Part shown: positions 1-14,094 of the stretch, piece after piece
Position numbering within the stretch: the stretch's first letter is position 1
How the letters are laid out: every line of letters starts with the position of its first letter
Made by a program: the position numbers and the translations under genes
Source: Eledone cirrhosa
Taxonomy: Eukaryota
Assembly: GCA_964016885.1 (NCBI GenBank)
Contig: OZ024742.1
Location: 77,810,001 to 77,874,000, forward strand
DNA length: 64,000 nucleotides
Direction of reading: 5' to 3'
Notes under the pieces: generated by a model
What the model saw: the letters and a program-made list of their open reading frames with translations, nothing else
Databases searched by the model: none
What the model was told of the DNA's origin: nothing

Positions 1-1870
1 ACAAAACATAGACACTAAAGATAGATTGGAAATAACATACAAAACTAGGGGGAAAAGCTAAATATTATCATAGAGGAACTGAAGCAACGCATTTTAGCAA
101 AAAGTGAGAAGATTAGGCGGTATGAGAAAAGAGTCAGTCAGTATAGACAGAACCGCATGTTTCACAACAGCCAGAAGATGTTGTTTGGACAGTTTGAAGG
201 GAAAGAAAGAGGCAACGACGTGATCCCTGAGGCGGAACAAACTAAGACATTCTGGAGAGGAATATGGGAGCAGGATGTTGAACATAATAGTCAGGCAGTG
301 TCGATTGAGACAGTTCAAAAGGAAATTAGTAAAGAGTCACACCAACAAACTGATTTGAGTATCACAGTTGAAACTCTTAAAGGGCATGCCATAAAATTAA
401 CCAACAGGAAATCACCAGGTCCAGATGGTGTGCAAGGGTTTTGGATTAAAAACATAACATCCCTCTACCCGAAACTGACAACCATGTTCAATGATTGCTT
501 GAGTAGTTGACAAAAGGTACCACAGTTCTGGTAATGAAACACCGAATCAAGGGTAATGATGTTACCACCTCTCGGCCCATCACATATCTGTCCTTAACTG
601 TTAACAAGCATTGTGTCTGAGGAAATCTACCATCACCTCCACATAAACAACTTGCTACCGGACGACCGGAAAGGATGCGGAAAGAAGTCCCGTGGTACAA
701 AAGACCAGTTACTTATTGATAAGATGGTAATGAGGAATTGCAAGATGAGGCGCACTGGTCTTGCTATGGGATGGATAGATTACAAAAAGGCATTCGTCAT
801 GGTACCTCATTCTTGGATAATCAAAAGCCTAGAGATATTCAAGGTGGCAGATAACATCAGGCAGTTGTTGGGCAAAAGTATGAAGTCCTGGGAAACAGAG
901 TTAACATCGGGTGGAGAAACTTTGGGAGGCGTGAAAAAGAGTGGTATCTTCCAGGGAGATAGTTTGTCTCCTCTGTTGTTTGTCCTTGCCTGATACCCCT
1001 GACCCTTATATTGCGAAATATGAGAGCAGGATGCAAGTTTGGAAAAGGGGAGCTTACCATCAACCACCTCCTCTTCATTGACGATATTAAACTCTTTGGG
1101 AAGAGTGAGAAGGAGCTAGATGTACTTGTTGACACTGTCCGTATTTTCAGCAATGATATATGTATGGAATTTGGTATTAATAAGTGTGGTGTCCAAGTGA
1201 TGAAGAGGGGTAAATTGAGCAGAAGCAACGGAATCCAGGTACCAACAGGTGAGATGATAAAGAAAATTGACACTGAGGAGGGATACAAATATTTAGGTGT
1301 TTGTTCTGGAGGCAGATGACATCAAGAACAAAAAAATGTAGGAATTGATAAAATCTGAGTACATAAGGGGAGTAAGGAGCGTATTAAAATCACATCTAAA
1401 TAGTAGGAATGTCATAAGTGCAGTAAATTCCAGAGCTGTGTCTATTATTAGGTACAGTGCGGGAATTCTGAATTGGAATGTTGCAGAACAAAAAGAAATG
1501 GATAGGAAGACTAGGAAGCTATTGACTATCTACAACATGTTCCACAAGAGGAGTGATGTTGATAGTTAAAGAGATCTGAAGGTGGAAGATGTGTTATCAG
1601 CATAGAGGACTGTGTTCAGATGGAGAAAAACAACCTACACAAATACGTGACTAACAGTAGGGAGCCAATACTCAGAATTGTCAGAAAGAGTTTCCAAGGA
1701 TGGTTAAAGAAAATTAGTCCAGCCCCGCTTTTTGGAACACTTCAAAAGGCATGCTTGCTGGGAACAGTAAGAATCCTCCGATATGTCCTAAATATCTGAG
1801 GCTGCAGGTAGTGGCTTGATATTCATTTCAACGAACTTTCCAGTTAAATAACATCAATGACTAAAACTCA
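1..1870 (+). mobile_element. Decayed R4/Dong-like non-LTR retrotransposon (RT region to 3' end; RLE region internally deleted)
   Basis: Frameshifted RT pieces KSPGPDGVQGFWIK, WIDYKKAF.MVPHSWI, GIFQGDSLSPLLF, NHLLFIDDIKL and YKYLGV. The C-terminus LQKACLLGTVRILRYVLNI* ends at 1799 and is followed by (TAA)n. Runs off the window start. Confidence 0.85.
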
Positions 1871-1875
1871 AAGAA

Positions 1876-1879
1876 CAAC

Positions 1880-1916
<37 letters not shown>

Positions 1917-1936
1917 GTAATAATAACAATAATAAT
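1876..1936 (+). repeat. (TAA)n microsatellite at the LINE 3' end
   Basis: Direct reading. Confidence 0.9.
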
Positions 1937-2155
1937 ATTTTCAACGTCCCATATCTTTAATCAATAATGCAATTTACAAGAAAATGTTTAATATTGCAGC
2001 TGCTGCTGTCACCACTTCTACAAGTAGTATTGTTAAGTTGTTAATTGTATTACATCTATTACTGATTTTAAAATCTAGTACACCGACCCCTACCCAAATT
2101 TAACATTTCGCATCCCAATTTTCTCTCTCTCTCCCTCTTACAAGTACACTAACAC

Positions 2156-2720
<565 letters not shown>

Positions 2721-3388
2721 TTCGTTTCTGAATTTGTTTAGCAAGATTTTTTATCTGAAAACGTGTATTGAAACCGTATTGTTATACTTTGGGAGGGTCA
2801 TGTTGCCAATAAGAAACACACGCACCACATGCATTCACTTCAATTTATAATAAATTAAATTCATAAATTTAGGAATTTATAAATTTCCGGTTGGTTGGTT
2901 GGTTCCACAACCAGACGATTGTTTATATGTTGTCAAAGTTCTTTCGTCACACATTCTGTGACCTCTTCACTGACTGGGGATTCTTTTCTTTGTTTTTGTG
3001 CCTCTCCTTTGTTCTGTCCTACGCCATCTTGTTTTTGTGTGTTGTGTGCTTAGTTTGCGCATGTGTTGCATCCGGGTGTCTGTGTGTGTTTATATTTGTT
3101 TATTTATTTGTTTATTTACATGTTACTGGTTGGTTGTTTGTTCTATGTGTGTGTGTGTTTTCATTTTGTCCTTAATTGTAAGTTGTGATGTTGCTATTCC
3201 ATTCATGCTTTCTATTTAATTTTGGTTGGAGTATATTTATGAACAAACGTCTGGTTGTAGAACCAACCAACCAACCGGAAATTTATAAATTCCTAAATTT
3301 ATAAATTTAATTTATAATAAATTGAAGTGAAAGTAACTGGTGCGTGTGTTTCTTATTGGCAACCTGACCCTCCCAAAGTATAACAATA
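2721..3388 (-). mobile_element. Penelope-like family A remnant P1: 3' terminal repeat (2721-3236, minus) plus short inverted arm (3241-3388)
   Basis: Matches the reverse complement of 50790-51308, downstream of the GIY-YIG ORF. The second arm is an inverted copy of ~2775-2925. Flanked by (TA)n. Confidence 0.85.
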
Positions 3389-3410
3389 TATATATATATA
3401 TATATTAATG

Positions 3411-3480
<70 letters not shown>

Positions 3481-5957
3481 CAACACCTTTTAACATAGAG
3501 AGACATTACTACTCTAACTGCTACTACTGACTGTATCGATTTTTTGTTTTGTATTTTTGCTTTTGAAATAACTTCTTTAAATAGAGATATTAAACATCTA
3601 ATGGAAGATCACGTTTATCAAGTTATAAATATACTTTATCAAACTGTCGTTTGAAATATTATCAGGACATAGTGTTCTGTTGGAGAAGCAAAAGTAATAC
3701 ATAAGTTTTATAATAATAGCTTGGTTACGAGGATATCCAGCTAATGCTATTGTGTTTGTTTAATCAGGCTTAATGTGAAGGTTTCGTGCAAGTGATACTA
3801 ATGTTGAAAGCGAACAAAACATGGAAATAACGGTCAAATGTCGAGAAGTTATCTTAGAAGAAAATGAATAAGTGAAAGAGGCAGAATAGAGAGATGGTGA
3901 AAGATATTTATATATTTATATATATATATTTATATATTTATATATATATATATTTATATATATATATTTATATATAGCGAGAGAGAGAGAGAGAGGGGGG
4001 GGTGAGAGAGAGACAGAGTAGGGGTATAGAAAGTATATCGCAAGAGAAGCAATACAGATCTGGTGGAATCATAATCCTAAAAGAGATAGAAAGTACAAAC
4101 GAGGAACAATGCTTGATATGAAGATATTAAACCTACTTTGTGACAAAATATAATTAGAATTTGATTGTTTGTCTAGCGAGATACAGCAAGTTGACGCTCG
4201 TGCGTGATTTCTTTAACTTGATGAGACTTACTGAAGGAACATTATAACCGTACAACACAGGTTCATAATTATGCTGTACATTGAAAATATAAGTAATTTT
4301 CATTCTATGAAGTTTCAAAGTGGCTAGAGGCTTTCAATTCTACGGCAATTGTACATTATCTACCTAGTTCCCCATGTGCCTCTTGCAAATGATCATGAAT
4401 ATATTCCTAGTTTCCCACTGACGTTTTGAAATGGTTGGCTCGTATATTGCATGGGTATCTAAAAGCCCAAAGGTGTATTACGTCTTTAACAATCGTATAA
4501 ATAATATATACATGATATATTTTAATTTGACACAGAACGATAAGGTCGGGTAATTATCATTTCCATTGATATTTTAAAATAACGTATACAACTATGCATC
4601 TATATCATCGCTCAATCTGCAAAGCAACCACATCTCCAGAATTTCCCATCATATCATATATTATGAAAGGAAAGCTTCATTGCTATAGGTTTGTTATATG
4701 TATCGTTTAAAGAGGAGAGTTCATCACACACGATTCTATTTAAAGCAAGTGACCATATTGATACGAGGGAAATTCTATACAAAGATACGTTCTCGACCTT
4801 CGAAGCTCAGTAAACTTTGCTAAAGGCATCCAATCACCAGGTAGTAATGATAACTTTATCATTCAGAAAGACGAAAGTTCCTTCCAGCTGGTTTCCATAT
4901 AATTTCCATCTTCAGGTTTCATCCGCACTTGGTTGGTTTAAGGCTAACAGATGTATACGGTGCCATTCAATATCATCAAACTCGAAACCAAATAGATCGA
5001 AAGTAAATTTGTATCCACATGTCATTGTTATTCATAAATTTAGAAATAGATCAAGAGTATCTTTTCTTAAAACAAAAATGTTACATCTTGAGAAACAAGC
5101 ATTTAAGTCTTCAAACATAGCAAATAATTTCGAGTCTAACGACAATATTGACGATCAATGACCTTATTATAAGTAGTTTGTAATATTTGGGTTGCAATAA
5201 CCTGCAGATTCCTGAAGCCAAGAAGATATTGTTTGGTATTGTTTTGTTTTTTTTATTTTCATGTTCTGGGTTCAAATTCTATTCATGTGATCTTTATTTT
5301 CCTTCATTCTGAGTTCAATACAATGTGTACCTATAGATTAGAACAGTCGATACAATATCTACCTATCAGCCAATTCGTATATTTCTGTTCATACTGGAAT
5401 TATTACTGTAAACATTGGAAGGGTGAAGCAGAAGAACGCTATAACATTGACATACTACTTATTAAGGTCTTGAAGCGAGAATTTAAAAGTAGTATGTCAA
5501 TGTTATGGCTTCACCCTTCCATTGTTTACAGTAATAATTCCACTAAGAACAGAAATACACGATTTGACTGATGGGTAGATATTGTATCGACTGTTCTAAT
5601 TTATATATTGTTTTAATCTTCCTTAGTCAATAAAATAAATATCAATCATTTTTGGGGCATCCTTTCTGTAAAATGAGTTTCAAATTTTCAAACTTGTTAT
5701 TTTGTATGAACATAACAGATTACTATTGAAAGCAATATTATTTTGTCACGGAAATCTTGAGGGAGTCGTGGGGACGCTGTATTATCATATGGCGTTTCTT
5801 ATGCATTTTCAAAACAGGGCGGACCGCATCCCCTCTACAGGTATGAATTCAACAGATTTCTTCCAGGGAAGGATAGAGAGAGAGACAGACAGACAGAGAG
5901 ATATAGATAGAGAGATAGAGAGATAGAAAGGGAGAGAGTGCGAGAGAGCGGGAGAGA

Positions 5958-6110
5958 GAATCGACCACAGTACTAGATTGGTACTATTTTATCGGACATG
6001 AATCGGCAAAGAGTTGACCTCGGTGGGATTTGAATTCAGAGCAGAGAACCGAAACGAAAACCACAAACATTCTATCCGACGCTTTAACGATTCTGCCAAT
6101 TCACGAGCAT
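5958..6110 (-). mobile_element. tRNA-derived SINE fragment (Meta-domain-like core)
   Basis: ggtactattttatc...ggcaaagagttgacctcggtgggatttgaattc is homologous to 25690-25780 and 62780-62850; reverse B-box-like motif. Confidence 0.55.
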
Positions 6111-7494
6111 TGAAAGTAATACATTGCATGTAAATTGATGAAATTACCAGACTGTAGGACATCATGTCGTTTGCCATTTACGTAGCTCATTTTCCATTCC
6201 AATTTTCATTATTGTCATGTACAACTTCCCCGTTCACCTTAAGGAATCGATAAAGTAACTAAATATCAATCTGAAAATCCATTCCACTGAATCGATCATA
6301 CACCTCTCACTAATATGTCTTATTATGTCTAAGTTTCAATACAATATATTACATTTATATTATGTGTAGTAAATCCCATTTGCTATGTAATAATTTTAAC
6401 TATTATTTTTATGGTAATTGTTCCTGTAATTGAGCTATTTATTTAACATTTCTTACCTTTATTTAGTAAAATACTATTGAATCGATATGCTATTATGAAC
6501 AAACAACGCGTTTAGAACGCATATTGATGGCGATTACTTATAGTATCTTTGCTATCTCATCACACATAATAAAGAAATATATTTATCAAAAGACAAAGAT
6601 TAAGACCTTTATTACATTAGAATGAAAATATAAAAGGAAATCAATAAAGATTTGAAAATATATATTTAGAAAATGAATAATAAATATTTTGCAAAATAAT
6701 ATGCTTCGCGCTTGCATATTATTTAAAACAGTATTTTGATATTTTTTGTCAGATTAAGATTTAATGAATAATAAATGATGGATTAGACAGAAGGAAATTG
6801 GCAAAAAGTTTTGTTTGTCTTTTAATACAAGTTTACTGTAGAATACAGAATATAATATTTATAGAAATATCGTTATAATTAATTCAAAACCTGTATGTCA
6901 ACATTTTTAAAGATACAATGGTTGCCAAACATTGAGGAAATTGCATGTCAAATGTTTTGCGTCACGAAATTTTATTATTATGCAATTTTAAGATGTAGTA
7001 TCTCTATATGTATTATAACACATTCTAATACAGAGCATATGTACATACAGGTTCACACAAAAGTCAGACATACACTTACACATACATACCGACAAAATAC
7101 ATACATACATACATACATACATACATACATACATACATACATACATACATACATACATACATACATACAGAGAGATACATACAGGCAAATAAATAGACAG
7201 ACATAAAAACTGCTGCTTACGACCACAGACTGAAAACCAGCTCTGATATAGATGTCAGTTGCATAATCGATGTTAATGGAGTAATGAAGATACGAGAGGA
7301 GCGTATCTACGAACTATTGCTGAAGTGGTTGCAGATCCAATAGTAAATTATATGTTGAGGTTCATTCCTCTTATTATGGGAGACTCAAGATATATACAAA
7401 TCCTCCAGTTCCAAAGTATCACAGACGTTGAATACTTGGTAAAAGCACGCAGTTCGTTGACCCATGAGATACAAACGGCCACCTATGCAGAATA

Positions 7495-10400
7495 CTGCTC
7501 AACGACCTCAGGTCACTAAACATAGATGTGGTGGCCATCAGCGAGACCAGAATCTCCGATGCACGAGCCTTCGCACCGATCTTCGGCATCTACGATGTGT
7601 ACGCATCTCCCAGCCATCCTGGATCGGGTGGTGGGGGTGGGGGAGCAGATGCTGTGCTTTTTCGGAGAGGTTTGGATCTCGCCATACGGGCCATCTTCCT
7701 GGACCCAGAAGGTAAGTTGGTGGTGCTGGACATGACCAGCGGAGACGGGCAAGATTTCAGGCTAGTGGCCGTCTATGACCCGACAGGAGCAGGGCGGCCT
7801 GATTTCTTCCGGCGTCTAGAGACTTTCTTGTAAGGTCCCGCTCTTTAGTGTTAGTGCGCGACTGGAACGGGATCTTAGATGCTCGCTGGGACTGTGTGGG
7901 ATTATCGGATAGGGGGGAGGTCGTAAAAGCATCGGTTTCAACTGTCTGACAGGTACTGTCTAGATTTCCCGAATCTGCCGATGTGGACATGGTCAAACCA
8001 CATCGGCTCATCCAGATCATATCTAGATAGGGTATTTTGTAGAGAAATAGATAGGTCTAGCATAGGCTGTCCACATTTCAAAATAGTCGACTACACGGAC
8101 CACAAATTCGTGATCTTTGATGTTGACTTAGATAGGCTTCATAGACATGGACCCGGCTACTGGAAGCTAAACGTGTCATTAACAGCGCGCAAGGACTACA
8201 GAGACCGGATTAGCGAACTAGTTAAGCGGGCGTTGACGGGAGCCATCGTCAACAACAAATGGTGGTTTGATCTGAAATGAGAGATTAGAATAGAGTCCAT
8301 TAGGCTTAGTAAGGCTTTAGCAATAGAGAAAAATAGAACAGAGGGAGAACTAGTTAAAAATTAGACGAGGCGCTTAGTAAAGGCATACGACGGACGTACT
8401 TGTGGCGAAATTGGCTTTTGACCAATTCTTCAATGCAAAGAACGAACGCTGCGTTGTCAGAGCTAGGGTGCGTGCTCTCAGACACGAGGGGACGAAAGCC
8501 GTTCAATGGGCCCGTGTGGCTGAAGCGCGTTGAGGCAACAAAGCCACGATCCGGTCTTTGGTGGACCACGACGGGTGCATGCTACTCGATCCCGTGTAAA
8601 TGTGTGAAGCTTTTCAGCGACACTTCACTCAGCTGTTCGGGGGCAGCGGCGGGCCGGATCGAGGGATGGACTCTAGTACCTAGCTTGACGGATTGCCGCG
8701 GCTCACGGCCACTGAGGCGGAGTGTTGCGAAAAGCCGATAACAACCGCTGAAGTACGGAGGGCAATTGCTGGCTGCACAAGGGGGAAAAACGCCTGGTTT
8801 GGATGGTCTGCGCTATGAAATTCACGTACAGATGCCAGACTTGTTTGGAGACCACTTGTCGGACGTCTACTGCAACTGGAATCAGAACGGGAGAATTCCC
8901 AGCTCTGTAAGCCGAGGAGCGGTGACGTTGATTAGAAAGGATCCGAACAAGGTGGATAACATAGATAATTTCAGGCCCATAACTCTGCTAAACCCAGAGT
9001 TCAAGATTTTGGCCAAGGTTCTAGCAAAGAGGTTGGCGCTTGTCGTTGGTGATCTGGTGGGAGAGACGCAGACATGCGCCATTCCAGACAGATCCATCCA
9101 CGACCAACTCCACCTCATGCGATACATCGTGAAAAGAGTAGCTATGGAACCTGGCAAGGGTGGGTACTTGATCAATTTAGATGAGTCGATAGCTTTCGAT
9201 AGTGTCAACCATCATTATCGGGCGGCAGTCCTGAGCGCCGCTGGCTTTGGGCCCATCTTCAGAGGCTGGATCGCTGCCATGCACAGCAACATCTGCTCTG
9301 TGGCGAGAGTGAACGTTCATATTTCAGAACCGTTCAAGATCATGCGCTCGGTCCGCCAAGGATGACCCCTCTCGTCCTTGTTGTACGTATTGACTCTCGA
9401 GCCATTACTGCAAAAAAAATGGAGACGTTGAGAGGGGTCCGGCGCGAAATAGGATACGGAAGATCCATGTCAGCATATGCCGACGATGTCATCGTACTGG
9501 TGTCGAACATCGAGCAATGCTCAGCCAGGAAAAGTAGGTGGCCTGCAGCTCGACACCTTGAGAGTCAGGTCCATTGCGTCCAACAGCGTCGACGGATGCT
9601 GGACGGACGGACCTGTTAACTTGCTAGGGGTCTGGTTCGGTCCGGACATCCAGACGGACAAAAACTTGGATGAGGTGACGAGCAGGGTGGCTTCTCTCAC
9701 CCTGAAATTGTCAGAGAGGAAGCTATCCCTGAAAGGTCGAGAGGAGGTGGAAAATACGTACATCGCCTCCGTCATCTACTACCGTCTGACCCTCGTATCT
9801 TGTACTAAGTCACGCCTGACTGCGCTGGAGCGTTTGCTCTTTCGCTTTTTGTGGAAGAGACGCGCTCCGATGGTCACGCGGTACATCTGCTGTCAACACC
9901 CGATACGTGGAGTGCTTGGCATGCCGTCGACGGTGATCAGGTGTAGTCGCCGTTTGCTAGACGCGTCTCCCCAGCTCGTCTACTTGACGGAGCTGCAGTC
10001 CTGGGTCAAGCGAAAACCGAGAGGGAGCGCTTGAAGACTGGAATGTCTTCAGGCGCTCACAGCCCTCGACCAATCGAGCAATGTGATCGGTGGAAACTCC
10101 ACCTCGGCGTTCTATAGAGAATTAGTGGAGGGGAAGAGCGACGATGTACTTGGGAAACTCTAGGCGTCGACGAAAATCAACTAGCCAATCTCTTCGGAAG
10201 AACTTTCGGGCCGGTGACTATGGACCACTTCCAGAAATCCCTGGCCTGGCAGTGCTACCGAGGAACTTTGCCAGTTCGGGATAAACTCTACAGGCATGGA
10301 GGTGCCGTCAGCCGGGTATGTCCGAGAGGCGCCTAGGGCGATGAAACCGTCCTGCACGCACTCGTCTAGTGTTCGAGCATTGCTGAGTTGTGGATTTATG

Positions 10401-10973
10401 AGGGAACACCTGCTGTCGCGTGTAGGACGAATCCGGCTAGCAGCTGAGTTCATCGTGAGGATTGCCCTGCCCTCTTTATTTAGCCGGAAAGTGCAGGAAG
10501 TTTTTACCTGTATGATGGCCATGGTGAAAGAGATAGTATGGTGGACGCGTTTGAAAGGGCTGAAGACGAGCACTTACCTCTTCGGGGATGCCCTGATTAA
10601 CTTTTTCAAATTTCATTTGAAAAGGAAAATCAGGGTAGAGATGGAAGTGCTCTCTTCCCAGCATTTTGTTGAAAGATGGGTGATAGAGGCAAGAATGGCC
10701 CGTGTGAATGGGCCTACTATGAGTATGTGCCTGTAAATTGAAGGTGTAAAACTGGGAGAGGGCACTTGCCCTGGCACCGTGGCTTTTTTAATGGGTTTTC
10801 TCCACGAATATCCAACGGAAGTCTCCCCCCTATTGAGGAATTTTTCATTGTTTCTTTGTTCATTACATCCCAGTTTTATTACACGCAGAAATGCCCATTT
10901 GTACCGTCCTGTATTGTCCTGAATTGTCCTTAATGTCTTACTTTGTGTAAACCCTTGGGGTTAATAAAGAAAG

Positions 10974-10974
<1 letters not shown>
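7495..10974 (+). mobile_element. L1/Tx1-like LINE copy A, 5'-truncated and frameshifted ORF2 (APE endonuclease, RT, C-terminal CCHC)
   Basis: AISETR, SYLDRVF, YTDHK, PGYWKLN, TPGLDG, NFRPITLLN, SVRQG, SAYADD and LSLKGR motifs. The 3' UTR has AATAAA then (ATT)n. Collinear with 12857-16079. Confidence 0.9.

Positions 10975-11028
<54 letters not shown>
10975..11028 (+). repeat. (ATT)n tract between the two Tx1-like copies
   Basis: Direct reading. Confidence 0.9.
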
Positions 11029-11726
11029 GGCGACCTACGTAGGAAATCTTATTATCGTGAGCTCCGCAAAGGTTAGTTGTTTTCAGTTGTTTAAAATTGT
11101 CATTTATGGAAAATTCTTATTGTTAACTGTATATAAGTGCACATACATTGTTTTCTGAAAAGGACACTCAAAATGATTGGAGCCTTGAGCCCAAAATTTA
11201 AACTTTTATAATTATCAAACAAAAATTCCTTTGAAAAAATCATGGACGACTCACAGTCACACCTTCCTCACAAACTAACACCTCACACCGACATCCCAAT
11301 GATAAATATTACTACGGTTGCCAACACTAAAAATATAAGCAGTAGCAATATTTTAAATTTGTCTCATGCAGTCATTCATTTCCCGCCATTACCAATGACT
11401 GCAGGTGTTGAAGCCGCAACCCCCACCACCACCACAGCGACAACAGAACAAAAGAAAAAGATAAATTATCTCGTGACATCGTAATGGATTGACCCAGAAT
11501 AGACGCTTCCACACCGAACACCACTGACGCCACCACCACCACAACTGAAACTAAAAATAACAATAACAACAACAACAACAATAAAGAGAATAACAACATC
11601 GGGTATTTTGCCATGTATTAAAACATGCGAAACAATCCAGGTAACTCAGGAGGAACTAGATGAAGCCAAGGAAATGGTAAAGAAAGATGGGTACAGGGTC
11701 AGCAGGAGAACAGGTCCGGATCTAGG

Positions 11727-12758
11727 ATGGAGCTCCTGATCGAAGCGGACCATAAAAGTATTGAGGAGCCCTCTGAGGTAATAGAACTCACTGACGGCAC
11801 CCACCTCACCGTAATCGTTGAGGGCAGAAGGCATAGGTGTGTCGTTTGTGGTGAAGGAACCCACCTAAGGGCTTTCTGCCCTCAGGCTAAAAGGTTGAGG
11901 CCACCTCTCTTACCCACCCCAGTTACTCAGCCATCAACACCACCAACAGCAGAAATGGCAGCAACAACTGTAGCACCAACAACAGAAGCAACTGTAACAG
12001 CAACAACCCCAGCAACAGTAGCAAAACCAACACCACCACCCAACGCGCCAGAACTAGCACCAGCGCCTACACCATCCACCACGCCACAACCAAAACAAAC
12101 GCCTGTGGAGGATTTTCCACTCCCCTACCTATCGCAACTGGAGACATATTGTGACGACGAGGAGTGGGAAACGGTATCGGAAAAAAAGAAAAAAGAAAAA
12201 GAAACCAAAAAAGAAAAAAAACCCTTCCTTCCCCCTCCAAAAACAAAATACAAAGGGAAACAAATAAACTATCAAACAAAAAAGTTAGCACAGATATGCC
12301 ACCATCCACACCAGCATCACCAACCCCATCACCACAAACACCAACACCATCACCATCATTAACCCCAAAACCTCCATCACTAACACCATAAAAGACACCA
12401 AAAAGCGAAACAGAAACAAACCCACAACAATCGCAAACAAAATAAAACAACCAAAACGATACACACTACACGGCATTAAAGTTTGAACAACAACCAATTA
12501 TTACACTACATCCAACACAACACCAACATCACAGATAAAGACTACACAACAACCCAAAAGTTCACACCACCTCCACACATACAAATCATTCGCATCACAC
12601 AGAAAACGTACACGACACTAAAACAAAAATTCCCCAAAGACATCGGAGACTTCCGACAAACACTCTCCAGGAGGATTTATAAGGACATCCTTCCGGAGGA
12701 GGCCACAAGCAGTGAAAAGGATGGAGAAACCATCCCTCCTCTACGAGAAGTAAGGTAA
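11727..12758 (+). pseudogene. LINE ORF1 (gag-like, CCHC knuckle, Pro/Thr-rich), frameshifted
   Basis: CVVCGEGTHLRAFC fits CX2CX4HX4C. The last piece stops 34 nt before the ORF2 ATG. Confidence 0.7.
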
Positions 12759-12792
12759 GTGGTCTTTCCCATCTTTTCCACTCCATTTCAAC

Positions 12793-14094
12793 ATGACCTC
12801 ACTCAGAATAGGCAACATAAATGCGCGTGGCTTGGGGTCGTCATGGAAGCAGGGCCACCTGCTCAACGAGCTCAGGTCACTAAACATAGATGTAGTGGCC
12901 ATCAGCGAAACCAGAATCTCCGAAGCACGGGCCTTCGCACCGATCTTCGGCGGCTACGATGTGTATGCATCTCCCAGTCGTCCTGGATCGGGGGGGGGGG
13001 TTTATGTGCTTTTTCAGAGAGGTTTGGATCTCGCCATACGGGCCATCTTCCTGGACCCAGAAGGTAAGTTGGTGGTGCTGGACGTGACCAGCGGAGACGG
13101 GCAAGCTTTCAGGCTAGTGGCCGTCTATGCCCCGACAGGAGCAGGGTGGCCTGATTTCTTCCGACGTCTGGAGACCTTTCTTGGAACGTCCCGCTCTTTA
13201 GTGTTAGTGGGCGACTGGAACGGGATCTTAGATGCACACTGGGACTGTGTGGGATTAGCGGATAGGGGAGGAGGGCGCAAGAGCCTCACCAACCTGCTCA
13301 GGCATTTTGAAATGTCTGACAGGTACCGAATGGATTTCCCGAACGTTCCAGTGTGTACTTGGACAAATCGCATAGGGTCATCCAGATCATATCTAGATAG
13401 AGTATTTTGTAGGGAAATAGATAGGTCTAGCATAGGCTGTCCACAATTCAAGATAGTCAGCTACACGGACCACAAATTCGTGATCTGTGTGCTTGACTTA
13501 GATACGCTTCATAGACGAGGACCCGGCTACTGGAAGCTAAACGCGTCTTTACCAGCGCGCAAAGCCTACAGAGACCGGATTAGCGAACTAGTTAAGCGGG
13601 CGTTGACGGGGGCCATCGTCAACAACAAGTGGTGGTTTGCTCTGAAAATAGCGATTAGAATAGAGTCCATTAGGTTTAGTAAGGCTTTAGCAATAGAGAA
13701 AAATAGAGCAGAGGGAGAACTAGTTAGAAAATTAGACGAGGCGCTTAGTAAAGGCATCGCGATCGACGAATTTGCGGCGAAATTGGCCCTTGACCAATTC
13801 TTCAATGCAAAGCACGAAGGCTGCGTTGTCAGAGCTAGGGTGCGTGCTCTCAGACACGAGGGGACGAAAGCCGTTCAATGGGCCCGAGTGGCGGAGGCGC
13901 GTCGTGGCAACAAAGCCACGATCCGGTCTTTGGTGGACCATGACGGACGCATGCTACTCGATCCCGGGAAAATGTGTGAATCTTTCCAGCGACACTTCGC
14001 CCAGCTGTTCGGGGTCAGCAGCGGGCCGGATCGAGTGATGGACTTTAGTGTCTACCTCGCCGGACTGCCGCGGCTCTCGGCCACTGAGGCGTAG
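12793..14094 (+). CDS. LINE ORF2 N-terminal part: AP-endonuclease domain, cut short by a premature TAG; RT continues in broken frames to ~15880
   Basis: NINARGL, AISETR, VYAP, LVGDWN, SYLDRVF, TDHK, YWKLN; 433 codons open. Confidence 0.85.
   Translation: MTSLRIGNINARGLGSSWKQGHLLNELRSLNIDVVAISETRISEARAFAPIFGGYDVYASPSRPGSGGGVYVLFQRGLDLAIRAIFLDPEGKLVVLDVTSGDGQAFRLVAVYAPTGAGWPDFFRRLETFLGTSRSLVLVGDWNGILDAHWDCVGLADRGGGRKSLTNLLRHFEMSDRYRMDFPNVPVCTWTNRIGSSRSYLDRVFCREIDRSSIGCPQFKIVSYTDHKFVICVLDLDTLHRRGPGYWKLNASLPARKAYRDRISELVKRALTGAIVNNKWWFALKIAIRIESIRFSKALAIEKNRAEGELVRKLDEALSKGIAIDEFAAKLALDQFFNAKHEGCVVRARVRALRHEGTKAVQWARVAEARRGNKATIRSLVDHDGRMLLDPGKMCESFQRHFAQLFGVSSGPDRVMDFSVYLAGLPRLSATEA

Noticed and set aside
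4875-4922. Minus-strand CTGAAGA...GAAAC CAGCTG G hammerhead-like words
   Set aside because: No UH cleavage site, no stem I and no convincing stem II.
4817-5161. 114-aa plus-strand ORF with a possible acceptor at 4915
   Set aside because: No recognisable domain or supporting neighbouring exon.
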